Positions 1-15,649 of a DNA stretch of 64,000 nucleotides are shown here, piece after piece. Both the position numbers and the translations under genes were made by a program. The notes beneath the pieces were generated by a model that had not been told where the DNA came from, did no database searches, and saw nothing but the letters and a program-made list of their open reading frames with translations. Within the stretch, counting starts at the first letter, position 1. Each line of letters starts with the position of its first letter. The DNA is from the human T2T-CHM13v2.0 reference genome, Homo sapiens, in assembly GCF_009914755.1 (NCBI RefSeq), contig NC_060930.1; one strand, written 5' to 3'.

Positions 1-339
1 AGTTTTAAAAACTTGCTCAAAATGCTATTTTTATCCAGGGTATATATGTGTGTATGTGTGTGTGAATATTGTTGACTACTGATTCAATTTCTTCCCATAT
101 GGTTATATGTTTCTCATTTCTACTTGGTTCAGTTTCAAAAAGTTATGTTTTTGTAGGAATTTGATAATTTTATCTAAGTTTTCAAACAATATAAAAGTTG
201 CTCCAACTATTCTCTTATTATTATTCTAATCTCTGTTTTATCTCTAATTATGTCCCCTTTTATTTATTTTTCCTATTTAACAGATATTTGTATAGCACTT
301 ACAACATGCTAGGCAATATTCAGAATACTTTCCAAATAC

Positions 340-535
340 GAATTCCTTTCATCCTCATAACAACTTTTTAAGATATGTATTATTATTGTCATTATCATTT
401 TACATATGAGGAAACTGAGACATAGAGAAGTTTAGTTATTTTCCCGAGATCACACAACTAGTATGTCATAGAGCTGCAGTTGAAACCGTATCCTGGCTCT
501 AGAATTCATACTTTGAACCACTGTGTTACCTTGCC
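340..535 (+). mobile_element. MIR SINE fragment within old L1M-like sequence
   Basis: MIR core 'cattttacatatgaggaaactgagacatagagaagttt...'. Strand relative to consensus not checked. Confidence 0.6.
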
Positions 536-850
536 TCTTCATTGTTAATATTGACTTTCTTTCCTAATTTTGATTGTTCGTGCTGTTTCTCTTTTTCTTA
601 GTCTTGCAAAATCTTTCCTATTTTATTAGCTTTTACCAAGAACAAATATATTATTGATCCACTTTATTGTATGTTTGCTTCCTGTCTTATTTCTTCTGCT
701 CTTATCCTTATTAATCCTTTTCTTCAACTCTCTGTGAATATATCATATTTTTCTTCTATTTTAGTAAAAAACATGACTCCTTTCTTTTCAGCCTCCTTAA
801 ACCTATAAATTTTCCTCTAAATACTAATTAGAGGAAATGAGTATTTATAA

Positions 851-1232
<382 letters not shown>

Positions 1233-1622
1233 TGACCTATAAGTTAGGTGTTCTTACATTTCCAAAAAAAAATTTTTTTTAAATTTATTTTTTAAATGAT
1301 TTCTAATTTAATTGCACCTTGACCAGAGAATGTGGTCTTTGAGATACCAGTTCTCTGAAAATTTACTGAGATTTATTTATGGCCTGGTATGTGGTCAAGT
1401 TTTTAACATATTAATGATGTTTTACCTATTGATTCATCAATTAGGAAGAAATATATGAACATCTCCTGATTTGTTGTGGGTTTGTCAATATTGCCTTACG
1501 GGTTTTGTTTGCTTGCTTGCTTACTTGCTTTAGAAATTTTGAAGCTGTTTTCAAGGCTTTCTGCCTTAAGGTTGGTTTATTTTGCCTAATATTAGTATAG
1601 CACTACCAATCTACTATATTAA

Positions 1623-2051
<429 letters not shown>

Positions 2052-2313
2052 TAAGTTTGTGTTTTCTGAATTACGTGGATAGTGTACACCTACATGTAAG
2101 TTACCTTTTAAATTTTTCCGGATCCATCTCACTAGAGTGTAGAGCAGGAAGCCTCCTTGCAGCTTCTCTGAACTGATGTGTAGAGTATTTTTAGACTCCT
2201 TTTCTTGAACTGGGCAATGTTTTGAAGGTCTGCATTTAAAGTGATACTATGTGTACTTGAATTTTATAGAAAAACAAAGTTTACCTTTATTTTCCCATTT
2301 GGCATTTCTGCAG

Positions 2314-2413
2314 CAAACTTACTTCTTACCGTGACTGCTGCACAGCCTTGGCCAGCTATTCCAGATGTTATGCCTTATTTCTGAATCTAATTAACAAATA
2401 CCAGAAGAAGCAG
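2314..2413 (+). CDS. ARMC2: ARMC2 internal coding exon (probably exon 12), 100 nt, phase 2->0: (S)KLTSYRDCCTALASYSRCYALFLNLINKYQKKQ
   Basis: Acceptor ttttcccatttggcatttctgcag|C and donor CAG|gtcagt. Open frame joins in phase to DLVVRVV at 18448. Missed by the ORF track because it is short. Confidence 0.88.
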
Positions 2414-3031
2414 GTCAGTTCTTCATTCATTTAATTCTTCAATGAGTCTTTACACTAATGTGTTTGTGTAAGCCCATGTTAAATGTCTTTATGTCTTGAG
2501 TATATAGGTTTCTATAAGAAACTTCCATTAAATGTATAATGGGCTGCCCTGGGAAGCAGTAAGTTACCTATAGGAGTTGAAGGAGTTATATGAGTCAGAA
2601 ATGAAATGTTGATGTTCTAGGAAGTTTCCTGGTGTAGGAAGGAAGGTGGTAGATTATAACAATATTTTTCCTCCCAGTGATCTGTAGAAAACCTACCTGG
2701 GAGTCACCTTGGGGTGGGGGAGGGGGTATAACCCCACCCCAAGGGTTATTTCCGTAATGGTTATTTCTTCCAGGTTTCATTCCAGTCTACTGAGTCAGAT
2801 GGGTAGGGTAGGACCTACCTAGCCATCTGCATTTTAACAAGAACCACAGGGACTTCTGACGCAAATTAAGGTTTGCAGTTCCCCTGCACTGGATAGTCCC
2901 TGAAGATTCTTCTAGCCCTTAAGTTCTCTAATTCTTTGACCCCATTGTTATATTTAAAAGGTAACATTTCCAGGTAAAGTGTTTAAATGAAATAATTTAG
3001 TTTTAATGAATCAAGGCAAAAATGTATATAG

Positions 3032-3413
<382 letters not shown>

Positions 3414-3773
3414 ACAGGCATTAATTTTTATTATAAGTTTTTAAATATTCGTTAAAGCAAAGTCTACTTTTATTCACTTTCATAAGTTATTAAAGTGACA
3501 TCAACTTAGTGAGATATTTTGTCCATGAATACAATGAGTATTCATTTTAAATGTGGTAAATTTTCAACATCCTATAGTAAGTTTTGCGAGTTTATGGACC
3601 AAATAATTTATGTATATACTAACAGTATTTTAATCTGAAGCTTTGTGTTTGTTTTGTTAACCATATTAAGACCACCCCAAAACATAATCTCTGTTTGTTA
3701 CTGACTAGCATTGAACTTATCTTTACCCAGCCAAAGACTTCTGCTGAGAATTATTAAATTTGTCAGATTTAAC

Positions 3774-3905
3774 CCCAGCTTTAGCCTCCCAAGTAGGGAT
3801 TACAGGCATGTGCCACCACACCTGGCTAATTTTTTTTTTTTTTTTTGGTAGAGACAGGGTTTTGCCATGTGCTGGGATTACAGGTGTGAGCCACTGTGCC
3901 TGGCC
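3774..3905 (-). mobile_element. Internally deleted Alu fragment
   Basis: Jumps from gccatgt straight to gctgggattacagg. Confidence 0.8.
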
Positions 3906-4393
3906 CAAAAGAATTCTTTTACATGTTATACTCAAAAGAGATCTATTTATATATTTTATTTTATAATTTAATGTTATGAATTTTAATTATAATTTTATTT
4001 TCCCATTACTACCTTTTTTTTTTTTTTTTTTTGCTTTGGTGCTTTGATCTTGGGTGATTTAGGTGTCTTTAATTAGAGAAGATTTATTTGCCTTGCCATT
4101 AGAATTTTCAAATATGGACAAAAGAAAATACTTCTGTTTAACAGTTTGATTTCAAGTTATGTTATAATCTATAATTTTTTTAAGGAAGAAAATTCATTAA
4201 TTGAGTACTCACAAATAGTGCTATTGTTTTCTAGCATTACTAATAGATACTTTTGTTTCTCTGATTGGAGCTTAGATGATGGCCATATGGAATAAACCAA
4301 CAAAAATCCTGGTACCTCACCAATATGAGAGACTAGAGATATCAGTATGGCTAAGAGTATGCTTTTTCTAGTTTGAGTAACTAAATGTCCTAA

Positions 4394-4549
<156 letters not shown>

Positions 4550-4687
4550 TAAATTGGCATAAAATTTTACTATACTTTTCACTAAACTAATTTTCACGTT
4601 AGACCAATGGTTATCTGAAAAGCAAAACTCATGTTTAAGAAACCACATTTTTCTCTGTTGATGTATATTACAATTTTATGTTCCTAT

Positions 4688-5115
4688 TGATGTGGTTTGG
4701 ATTTCTGTCCCAGCCTAAATCTCCTGTTGAATTGTAATCCCCTGGATTGGAGGTGGGGCCTGGTGGGAGGTGATTGGATCATGGGCGGAGTTCTCACGGA
4801 TGGGTTAGCACCATCCCCCTGGTGCTGTTCTCGTGGTAGTGAGTGAGTTTTCTTGAGATCTGCTTGTTTAAAAGTGTGTAGCACCTCCCCCTGCTCTCTC
4901 TCTTCTTCCTGCTCTGGCATGTAAGATGTGCCTGTTTCTCTTTCACCTTCCGCCATGATTGAAAGTTTCCTGAGGCCTCCCCAGAAGCTGAGCAGATGCC
5001 AGCAGCATGCTTCCTGTACAGCCTACGGAACCATGAGCCAATTCAATCTCTTTTCTTGATAAATTATCTAATCTCAAGTATTTATTTGTAGCAATGCAAG
5101 AACAGACTAAAATAC
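4688..5115 (+). mobile_element. MaLR solo LTR (MSTA/MSTB-like)
   Basis: Starts tgatgtggtttggat...aaatctc...ttgaattgtaatcccc and ends gcaatgcaagaacagactaaaatac. Confidence 0.85.
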
Positions 5116-5518
5116 CTATTAAAATTATTTTAATTTCCAAAGAGGAATAGAGAGCACCTTGTAAACCATGTACAGTAACATGCTTATTCAGAACCATCAA
5201 AGAAATGCATGTTATCACTTTCATCACTAAACTTAATCATTGTGGCAAAAATCATATTCAAACATATTGCATGTTTCTCTTCCTTCTTAGAAGATATTAA
5301 AACTAACTTAACCTCTTGATACCAAAGGTCATTATTATAAGCATTAATTATTGCTGTAGAGACTGTTTGTCCCACATGTGAAGCCTGAGTCTGTTGATGA
5401 GGTTCTTTAAATGTCTGCATCTTCTTTGTAGATTTTCTCTCTCTTCTTTTTCTATTGGTTGCTACCTCCACCTTTGGTAGTCTTTACCTGCTTTTTTGCA
5501 ATTATTTGTTTGCAATTA

Positions 5519-6257
<739 letters not shown>

Positions 6258-6265
6258 ACACATAA

Positions 6266-6482
6266 GCCAGGCGTGGTGGTGCAAGCCTCTAGTGAAACTA
6301 GTTGTCCAGCTTGGCAACAAGGTGAAATCCTATCTCAGAGAGAGAGAGAAGACTGGCAACATAGACCTCATCTCTATAAACAAAAAATTAGCCGTGCGTG
6401 GTGGCACATGTCTGTAGTCCTAGCTACTTAGAAGGCTAAGGCGGGAGGATTGCTTGAGCCCAGGTTGCAGTGAGCCATTGAT
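6266..6482 (+). mobile_element. Rearranged old Alu (J-type) fragments
   Basis: gccaggcgtggtgg...tctctataaacaaaaaattagcc...gaggattgcttgagccc. Confidence 0.7.
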
Positions 6483-6484
6483 CA

Positions 6485-6524
6485 CTAGCTAGCTAGCTAG
6501 ACAGACAGACAGACAGACAGACAG
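6485..6524. repeat. Compound microsatellite (CTAG)4(ACAG)6
   Basis: Read directly from the sequence. Confidence 0.95.
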
Positions 6525-8955
6525 ATATTTTAGACTAAAAACTTTAAAATAAAATTGAATATGAACAGACTTAATGAGAAGAGCCTAAGGGGCTCTGATG
6601 AAATTTCTCTGTGACTTCTCCTCTTCAAAGCCAATTCCATATTTCAAGTTGTAGCTCTCTTGTCTGCTCCCCTGTGAGGCCTCCCAAGCAAGACCAGTCA
6701 ATTTCTCCCTCATCAGTGCAACATTTTTAAGACTTTAACATAGCTGATACCCCCAGCTAGTACACTCAGAGCTAAGAACCCAAGCAGTATGCCTATGGCC
6801 TTAACCACTTCACTATTATTAAGAAAAACTATACAAATCTTAGCGATAAGGTATGGAATAGGTGGAGGCATGTCCTGACAAAGGCATGCCAGGGCATTGT
6901 TTAATGACCCAATCAGGGATTAATTCCCTAGGCCAACATATTGGTGTTTGAACTTGCTGTTTACTATTTGGTTAGATACCAGACACAATAAAGTTACATG
7001 TTAATTTGTAGGTTTCAATCTGGTAGACAGGATCACCTCAAAAGTTATGGTTTTATTACTTTGTAGGCATTTGTCAGGTTTGTATATAACCCAGAAATTT
7101 TAAGTGCTTGTAAATTCCCGGTTCTTCAGTTGTGCTTGGAACAAAGTTTACCGTGGTATCGGCCCCCTCATTAATGAGTTAAATACTTTTGAAGTGTGTT
7201 CATTTTATGAGCCCATGAGAGTCATGTTTTTAACTTTTAAAAAATTATACTTTGACTCAATACTTTTACTTATAATAAAGATTGAAATGTTGTAGTTTTA
7301 AGTCATTACTTTGATTTTTTTCCAGTAAGAAAAATACATAATTTATATTTTCCTCAAAACCAAAATATTTTAGAAGAGCAGGGAAAGAGTTTAGGCTATA
7401 AGGAAGTAGTTGTGTGTCCCAACCACTTCCTAAAATCATTAACCAGAAATTCCCATAAGTCTTCATAAACATTTCTTTAGTGGTTCTCCAAATGGTTATC
7501 ATTATGCAGCTGCCCTATCCACTACTGCGAGTTCCTAAACAACACAGACTTTGTCCTGATAGACCGAGATGATGCTTGGCAAAGTAAGCTCATAAGTGCT
7601 GGAAGAAAGAATTTTGAGTGTGTGAAATGCTTTGGCACCTGTAAGGTGTTAAAAAATATTTTTTCTAGTACTCAAGTGCTTCTTCCTTAAATATGTACTT
7701 TCTTCTTCCTAGTTTGGAGGAAGAAATAATAAGAATTTTTTTCCCACAATTTTCACATGGGTGGGCTGCCATAAAAAGCAAAACAGAATCCCTTCAGACC
7801 AGCATGGCATCTTAGTTTCATGTTTCCCATGTCCCAGGTGGCCGATCAAATATGATTTGTTTTTCCTCTTAATGTTCTGATGTGAGTGTATTGATCTGCA
7901 GTGGTTAGACACTTTGCCGCAACTGGGATTTACTTGAATGTTGAGGCTTGGAACTGATTGTGGAGACCTGAATCAGCCTTCCAGCAACTTATTTAAACAG
8001 AATTATTACTTCCTATAATTATTTTTTTTTTCAGCTCCTGGAAACATCCCTGCAAGACTAACTTGGGTTGTAGAGAAATACTCTGGAAGCTTTGTAGTCT
8101 CTTAATATACACAGCCATTGCCAAGTGATTAGACAATCAGAAAGAGTCAGTAGACCTTCCCTGTTTTTGTTCTGGGAGGTTAGTATTGCTTCTGTCTTGA
8201 AAGCCTGAGGACTACATTTAGGATCAGCATAGGTTTCATTTTTCTAAGACACACTTTTAAATCAAATCATGTTTATGGCTAATCGCGTTTTCAAAAAACA
8301 TAGAAACAGAAATCTAAAATGAACAAGAAAGAAAAGAAAAAAACCCTTTATAGTGATAAATGAAATGTCACCTACACATGCCTCTTGAACTGATCTTATC
8401 AGCGGATGGGGAGCTTCACAGGAAGCTGCCGGTCGCTGCTGCCGTCCACAGAGGGGGAAATCCTGTTTTGAACCAGGTAGCACCAGGGCCGTTTGCTGTT
8501 GGAAGAAGTAGAATATTTCCTCCCCATCTGCTGTTGTTTTCCATTAAAGGGGATAAAAATTAGAATTACATGAGAAGATACCAAAAGTCACAAAATTTTC
8601 CATTATTTTTACATTCTTTTTCTCTTGTCAAGGTAAAGTCTGATTTCAACATATGAGAAGTCTGAATATACTTTATATATTCGAGTATATAAAGTCTGAA
8701 TCAAGTCCATCGACAGGAGGGGTTGTGGTGTGGTTTCACTTTTCTATACAACTGTGCTGTGAGGGGTATTGATGAGGAATAAGGATTTATATTTACAAGA
8801 ATTCATATTATTTTTTAAAAAGCATTATTATAAAGACAAATAATGGGTATTCAAGTGGTGAGATTTCTAATTTTTTCTTGATTTAAATCAGAGTGGCTCC
8901 CCAACTTGGCTTATCATCAGATTTGCCTGGGGAGCTTTAAAAATACAGGTGCTTA

Positions 8956-9298
<343 letters not shown>

Positions 9299-12200
9299 TT
9301 AAAATTTGAGTTTAATTAAAAATTTTTTTAAATTAAAAATAGAAATACAGGTGCTCAGGCCCCACCCAGAGAGATTCTGATTCAGGTCTGGGATGGGGCC
9401 CAAGAACCTATTTTTAAGAGACTTCTCAAGTGACTCAAATGAACAGCAGGTTTTGAGACCCTATGGTTTAAGTTATTAAGGTGGTTCTTTAAAACCATTT
9501 TCTCCAGTATTGACAGCAGAGGGGTTCCCATAAAACCTCAAAAGATTTTAAAGTGATTAATCAAATCAGCCACACAGAGTCAGTCTTTCTCTACAGGAGC
9601 AGAGCTGACAGTGATTCTTCCTGACAAAGTAGGAACCAAGTTGACAAGACCCACCAGGTGCTAATGTAGGCTTCCCAGTAAGTGGTAAGAACCACTGGCC
9701 CTTTGCCTTTTGCACAGGCAGCTGAGGAATGATTTCTTAGCTGGAGAACACAGGATGGTACATTAGTCTTTTCCACAAATTTTCGCTGCCAGACTTGTGT
9801 CAAAATAAGTCCTGGGACCAAATCTAGTTTGAAAAAGGTGCTCATCACACTGATGAGGCTTCAAGCACTGGCCAGAGTGGCTCCCTCAGGAGAGATGGGC
9901 ACAGGCTCTACTCCTCAGGACCCTTAGAGCCGCCTGTCCAAGGGAGGGTGCCTTCAGTTCAGTTGGCTAGACAAGCTGCGAGTTGCTGATTCATTTGTTA
10001 GTGAAACAAGCACCAAATTTCATCTTTAAAATAATTCCTGCAGATATCGTGTTTTGAGACAGTTCAGTATATACCCATATCTAAATGTTGTAGTTTGCAA
10101 CAGTTAAATTGAGAGTGATGAGTTCACTTAGAATATGGTCCGCTTTACACCCCCTCTGTTTGCATAATGGCCCTCAGTGAAGTGGGCCTCCGTTTCCATC
10201 TGTATGTGATGGTTATGTGCATGGCCTGGGTTTCTGGCTCACCAACAGTCTCAATGAAAAGGCATCTACTCCTCCCAGCTCTCATAAATGACTTCCGCAG
10301 GGAGAGCAAGGGAAACTTCTTTGGCTCATATCTGTGTGGTTAATTTGTCCAAGATCCATGATGCAACTAGTAACTCCAGTTCCCACACACACAAAAACTG
10401 AGATGAAACAGCCTCTCGTTCGGCTTAATGCCGTATGAAAGCTAAACTTTAGAGTTAGGTAAAATATCTATTAAAAATGCTGGCCAAAATTCAATTAAAT
10501 GACAAATCTCATTTAAGAAATGTGCACATATTGTCTGCTTTATGGTGTAAACTGCTTTTGGTACAAAACAAATGTGCAAGCAGATGGGCTTAATAACGAA
10601 GGAGGGAGTGGGGTTGCTATCAGCCTTTGGGAGGCAGAGCCTGCCTCAGGAGGCGCCTCTGACGTCAGTGTTGCTACATTTAGCATCTCAGGAAAATACA
10701 TTTGGGTTTGTTTTTTGGAAGAACATGAAGGGATTTTCCCCATTTCTTCTGTAAATATCTACTAGGCAAGAGATCTGGTAAAATGCCTCAAATAAGACTT
10801 TCAAAAGACTGGCAATATTTTGCAAAGGTCATGATCAAAAAGAACAACCTTTGTCTACATTCCTATCACATGTGTCCATTGACCATTTAACTCTCTCCAC
10901 GTTTAGATACGGTTAATTTCTTGTTTCTTTTACCACAGAGCTTCCAGATGCAGCAGGACTGTCGTCAGAGCCTTTGCAAACCCTGGGAACTGCCAGACTC
11001 ATTCTTGGTTGTGCTGCTTTTAAAGTCCTACCTCTCTCATTCTGTTTAGACTTCTATAGGCATAAGCTGCTGTCTTCAGCCATGTATGCACAGTGAACAC
11101 TGATTTGGAATGCTTAGCCATCGTGGTATCAGAAATGAGAGCTGGAATGTCTGAACAGTGTGGGCTGAAAGCAAAACCACCTCCATTTTTCTAGCTGTTC
11201 ATCTTGAATGTGACCACAGCCTTTCAGCATTCCAGAGAGGTGCCTTCTCTTCCCCGCTATCCTCTTTGGGCCATCAAGGATTGGTTAGGAAGGTGCCCCC
11301 ACCCCTTCCCCTGGTGCCTTTGTAGGGCGACTTGGCTCCCAGCTTGTCCTCTGCCTCCTGCCTGACAGGAGCACGCCCTATGGCTGTCTTCCCAGCCCCT
11401 CTGCAGGCACATTCCCAGCGGGTGCTGAGAGCATTTGGCTGAGCTTGCTCCTTTTTTCAGCCTTGGCCTTGGTCTGCGCCCCTGACCGGGCAGGCTGTAC
11501 AATACGCCCTTAGCTTGTTCATTCTTTCCAGCTCCTGCCGGCTTTGCCCTTGTGGAACTGGCTCTTACCCCGCTCAGCACGGAACCCAAATGCCTGATTT
11601 ATGTCTGCTGGCTTGAAAAAGAACTTAGCACAGTGAAATTCTAGCATTGGCCTGGTACTTTTGAGTGACATTCAGAGGCATATCGTGGGTGCTCAATAAA
11701 TGATTGCTGATAGAACAGATAGATGGATGGAGGAATCAAGCGTAATCTCTTCTGGTTTTAAAATGATTTTCTACTTAGATTCTTGGCTTTGAGTCTCCAA
11801 CATTTCAGATTCTTCGATTTTATCTAGTTAAACACGTAGGCAAACTCTTGACCCACTTTCAGTGCCCTATGGTCAGTTAGCATTTTTGCAGTAGTGCACA
11901 GTCTGTCTTCCAGTTTGCTAAAATTTATCTGTTCTTCAAGCCACCTGCAAGCTCAATTAATGTTTGAGTTTTGTTTGAGGGTGGTAAGTTGGATAAACAA
12001 AGCAAATTGTAAATCCTGATTCAGCTCTCAGGCACGAGAAGTTTGTAACCATATTTTAAACAGGGTATTTTGATTAATTTTCTGGTTAATAGAGAGTTCG
12101 GATTTTAAGTATATTTACATCCCCTTCCATTTCAACCCATTCTTACAAATTTTTCTAAAATGTGTTCCTTTACTTAGTGGAAGCAGTTCCCTCCTAAGTG

Positions 12201-15200
12201 GAGTCTGCTGAACATAGTTTATTCTTTCTGTGACAGCTTGATATTGTTTCTTCCCCACAGTCAACATTATGCACATGAGTTATTTTAAGGTACGGGAGGA
12301 AGGGTGTGGGAGTCGGGGAGGAATGTGTTCACTGTGGCTGGCCATGGGCAGAGAGTAATGTGAGGTAGCAAAGAAGTGGTTGCGTGGGGCCAGATGATGC
12401 ATTAGATGCTGGCTTTGACATTCATTTAATAGGCAGTAGATGTTTTTGAGCAAAGGGAAGAGCTGTGCTTTAAGAAGTGGTGTTAGGGTTGATGGCAGAG
12501 GGAGGAGCCTGGAAAGGGCCTCTGACAACAGTCTACAGGCAGATTAGCCCAGGTCGGCATGGGCAGGAGGGAGCTGGGGAACATTTTGAGATGACAGAGT
12601 CGAGGAGACTTGGTGACTGCTTGGTGAGGGGATGAGATAGAGAGGAATCAGAGATGCTGGGGCTGGGGGACTGGGAAGATGATGATGATTAGCAATGAGG
12701 AGTTGGGCTGAAGGTGGTTTTGGAAACCATCTGTGTGTACAGAGATGATTGTTCAAGTCCTGCCTCTTCTCTTCACCAGTGTTTGACTTTGGGCTTACTT
12801 AATGAGTCTCCTGAAGCCTCAGTTTCAACATCTCTAAATAGGGGTAAAAATGTCTTTCATTGGCTTTAGGCCAATGTCTCTCCCATGGAAAGTAACATGC
12901 AACAGCTACTGCCAATGCTGCCACCATTGGAACTGGACATAGACCATCCTGGTGAGCAGTGCCCTGTTCCTGGTTTTATTCCAGTTAAAGTAATTTCATT
13001 CACAGGCTTGTGGGGCCCATTCAGATTGAGTAACTTGTTTGCTCATTGGGGCATAACATCTGCGAAACTAATGACAATATCCCTCAGGCTCTAACTGGAA
13101 AGCTCTGTTGAGGTCAGTCTTCTTCCTCTAAGTGTATCTGTTTGTCTAAGCTCTGGTTGGCCGTAGCTGTTGCTAGGCTGATTCTGTTTTAAGCAAAATT
13201 AGAAAGTCGATATGAACTGGTTATACTAGACTGCCTTCTTTAGGAAAAAAAAAAAAAGCTCTCTCTTGATTCATCTTCAGTTTGCTATTTCAAAATCACA
13301 TAGTTATGATATGAATATGCAACATTGTGTTAAATTTAATAAAAATGCTATAAAAATGGAGTGTTAATTTATAGATGATTCTCAGATATTGTCTAAGAAT
13401 AAAGGAGAGAATGTGTGCCTCAAAGGAGAGCTGCATATTGATGAAATCCTTTTCCGCTGTGGAATTGGTGCTCTCTCTAAATAGATGATTTTGGCCTTGG
13501 TTTAATTTTTACAAATCTTTATAGAATATTAAGTAATATTTTATAGACTTGAGATGGCTCGGGCTGTGGAACAGTAGATAATCTCTCCATGATCCTGCCC
13601 AACGCAGACCTTGGTTCAGTAGGGAGGACCTTGGAGTGCACGGTTTGGGAGCAGAGGCCACCCATGGTGAGGAGAGGGGCCCTAGAAAGCTGACTTGCTC
13701 AGCCTTCTTCAGGATTCCAGATGAGTCAAGACAAGCCCTGGCATGGAGATAAGAAAACACTACCTCTGCTGACCTCCTGTGAGATGGCTTCTATTTTGGC
13801 CTCTTCCAGGATCCCTAGGTCCATGTAGAATATATTTAAGAAGGGAGGGGAAAAAAAGAAAAGAAAAAGTGCCTTAGCTAACCCTGAAAAACAGGACAAA
13901 AACAGTAAGCAGAGATAGCAGTTGCTGGAAGTTTGGTGCTGCAGACGGCGCAATCTGCCATCCCATTTGTTGATCTCGCATGCCATGCTTCAGTTGGCAC
14001 CGCGGCTGCCAGGAACCACCCCCTCCTTTTCCATCTGAAGCAGGAAAAGCAGTATTATAACAGTGTTAACTCTTCCTGCCCTACAGCCTAGAGCTTCTTC
14101 TTCTGCACTGGAGGCTTACTAATCTCGGCCACGTTAGGACCTACAGAGATGACAGAATCGAAGAATTTTAGAAGAGGAAGGGGCCTGAGGGAATTTTTAG
14201 AAAAAGAAAAGCAGCACTTAGTCTTCCCAGATTAGACTGCATGTGACAGTGGGGAGAGGTCATTTGAATTTTGAAGAATGATGACCACTAAGGAAATCTA
14301 TTTTTTACCAGGATCTGATCTAAATCCTGGCAAATCAACACGGATAGCTGGAGGTGGGACAGGGCTGGAGAAGCCTACTGAGCTGGACTCAGAGAAAAGC
14401 AAGACCAGGTAGATGGAGGTGAAACGGCAAGGCCTAGGAAGAAAAAAAACAATCCAGCACCCTTAGAAGATGCCATGACATTTTAGGAGGTAAATTGTTT
14501 AGTCCTGGTAACAATTTAGGGTACAAAATGCAAATATTAATTAAAAAAGCAATCACTTAAAATCACTCATAATGCCTTTCCTGTCTTGTTTAACATGCTT
14601 TTATGGAAATGGGAGAAGAGAGCCCAATTCCAGGAACATGGTGAAGTCCAAAACTTATTAACATCACTGTTATCAAATGTGCGAGGGAGATGGCGGTTTA
14701 GATTGTAAAAGATACTGTGAATAGCTTTATTCAGGTTAAAGAAATGGAAGTTATCATTTTTAGTGAATTAGTTAATTTGTATATATAAATGCTTAGGACA
14801 ATGCCTGGCACATCATGAGTACTAATAAGTACTGTGTGTTAGTTGCTGCTGTTACTGTGCTGTTATTGTTATTAATTATTAGGATTTTCAGAACTAGAAT
14901 TCATATAGTCTTTCAGCAGGAAACATGTATCAAAGTTCACACAAAAATTCTGTTTATAGTCCTCAGCTTAGAAAATATCAGATGAAGTTCTTCTTTAAGA
15001 TGCTTAATTCTTGGAAATACCCTCTGTCCTGGTTGGAAAACTGATTTTCTGCTACTCTGTTGGGTCTGATCAGGGTGGAGGAGAAGCTACCAACTCAGAG
15101 CCCAGGGCAGGGCCTTTGCCACCAGGCATTACTTGAAGTAACCCTCTGTTTTATGTGAAATGGGATTCAAGTATTATAATCAAATTGTGTGTGCTTGTTT

Positions 15201-15338
15201 TAGACTTAAGGCCCATAAATATCCCATAGCTTCTTTAGGGAACAGTCAGGTAATTAAAGAATGAGAAGATGACCCCTGGCCCAGGAAGGAGATAGTCCCA
15301 GATGCTCTCTCAAACTAATCCTCTTCAAACTAAAAACA

Positions 15339-15649
15339 GGCCGGGCACAGTGGCTCACGCCTGTAATTCCAGCACTTTGAGAGGCCGAGGTGGGTGGATC
15401 ACTTGAGGTCAGAAGTTTGAGGCCAGCCTAGCCAACATGGTGAAACCGCGTCTCTACTAAAAGTACAAAAATTAGCCAAGTTTGATGGTGCATGCCTGTA
15501 ATCCCAGCTACTTGGGAGGCTGAGACAGAAGAATCACTTGAACACAGGATGCGGAGGTTGCTGTGAGCTGAGATTGCACCACTACACTCTAGCCTGGGCG
15601 ACAGAGCAATACTCTGTCTCAAAAACAAAAACAAAAAAAACAAACAAAC
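15339..15649 (+). mobile_element. Alu (S type)
   Basis: ggccgggcacagtggctcacgcctgtaat... with A-rich tail. Confidence 0.95.
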
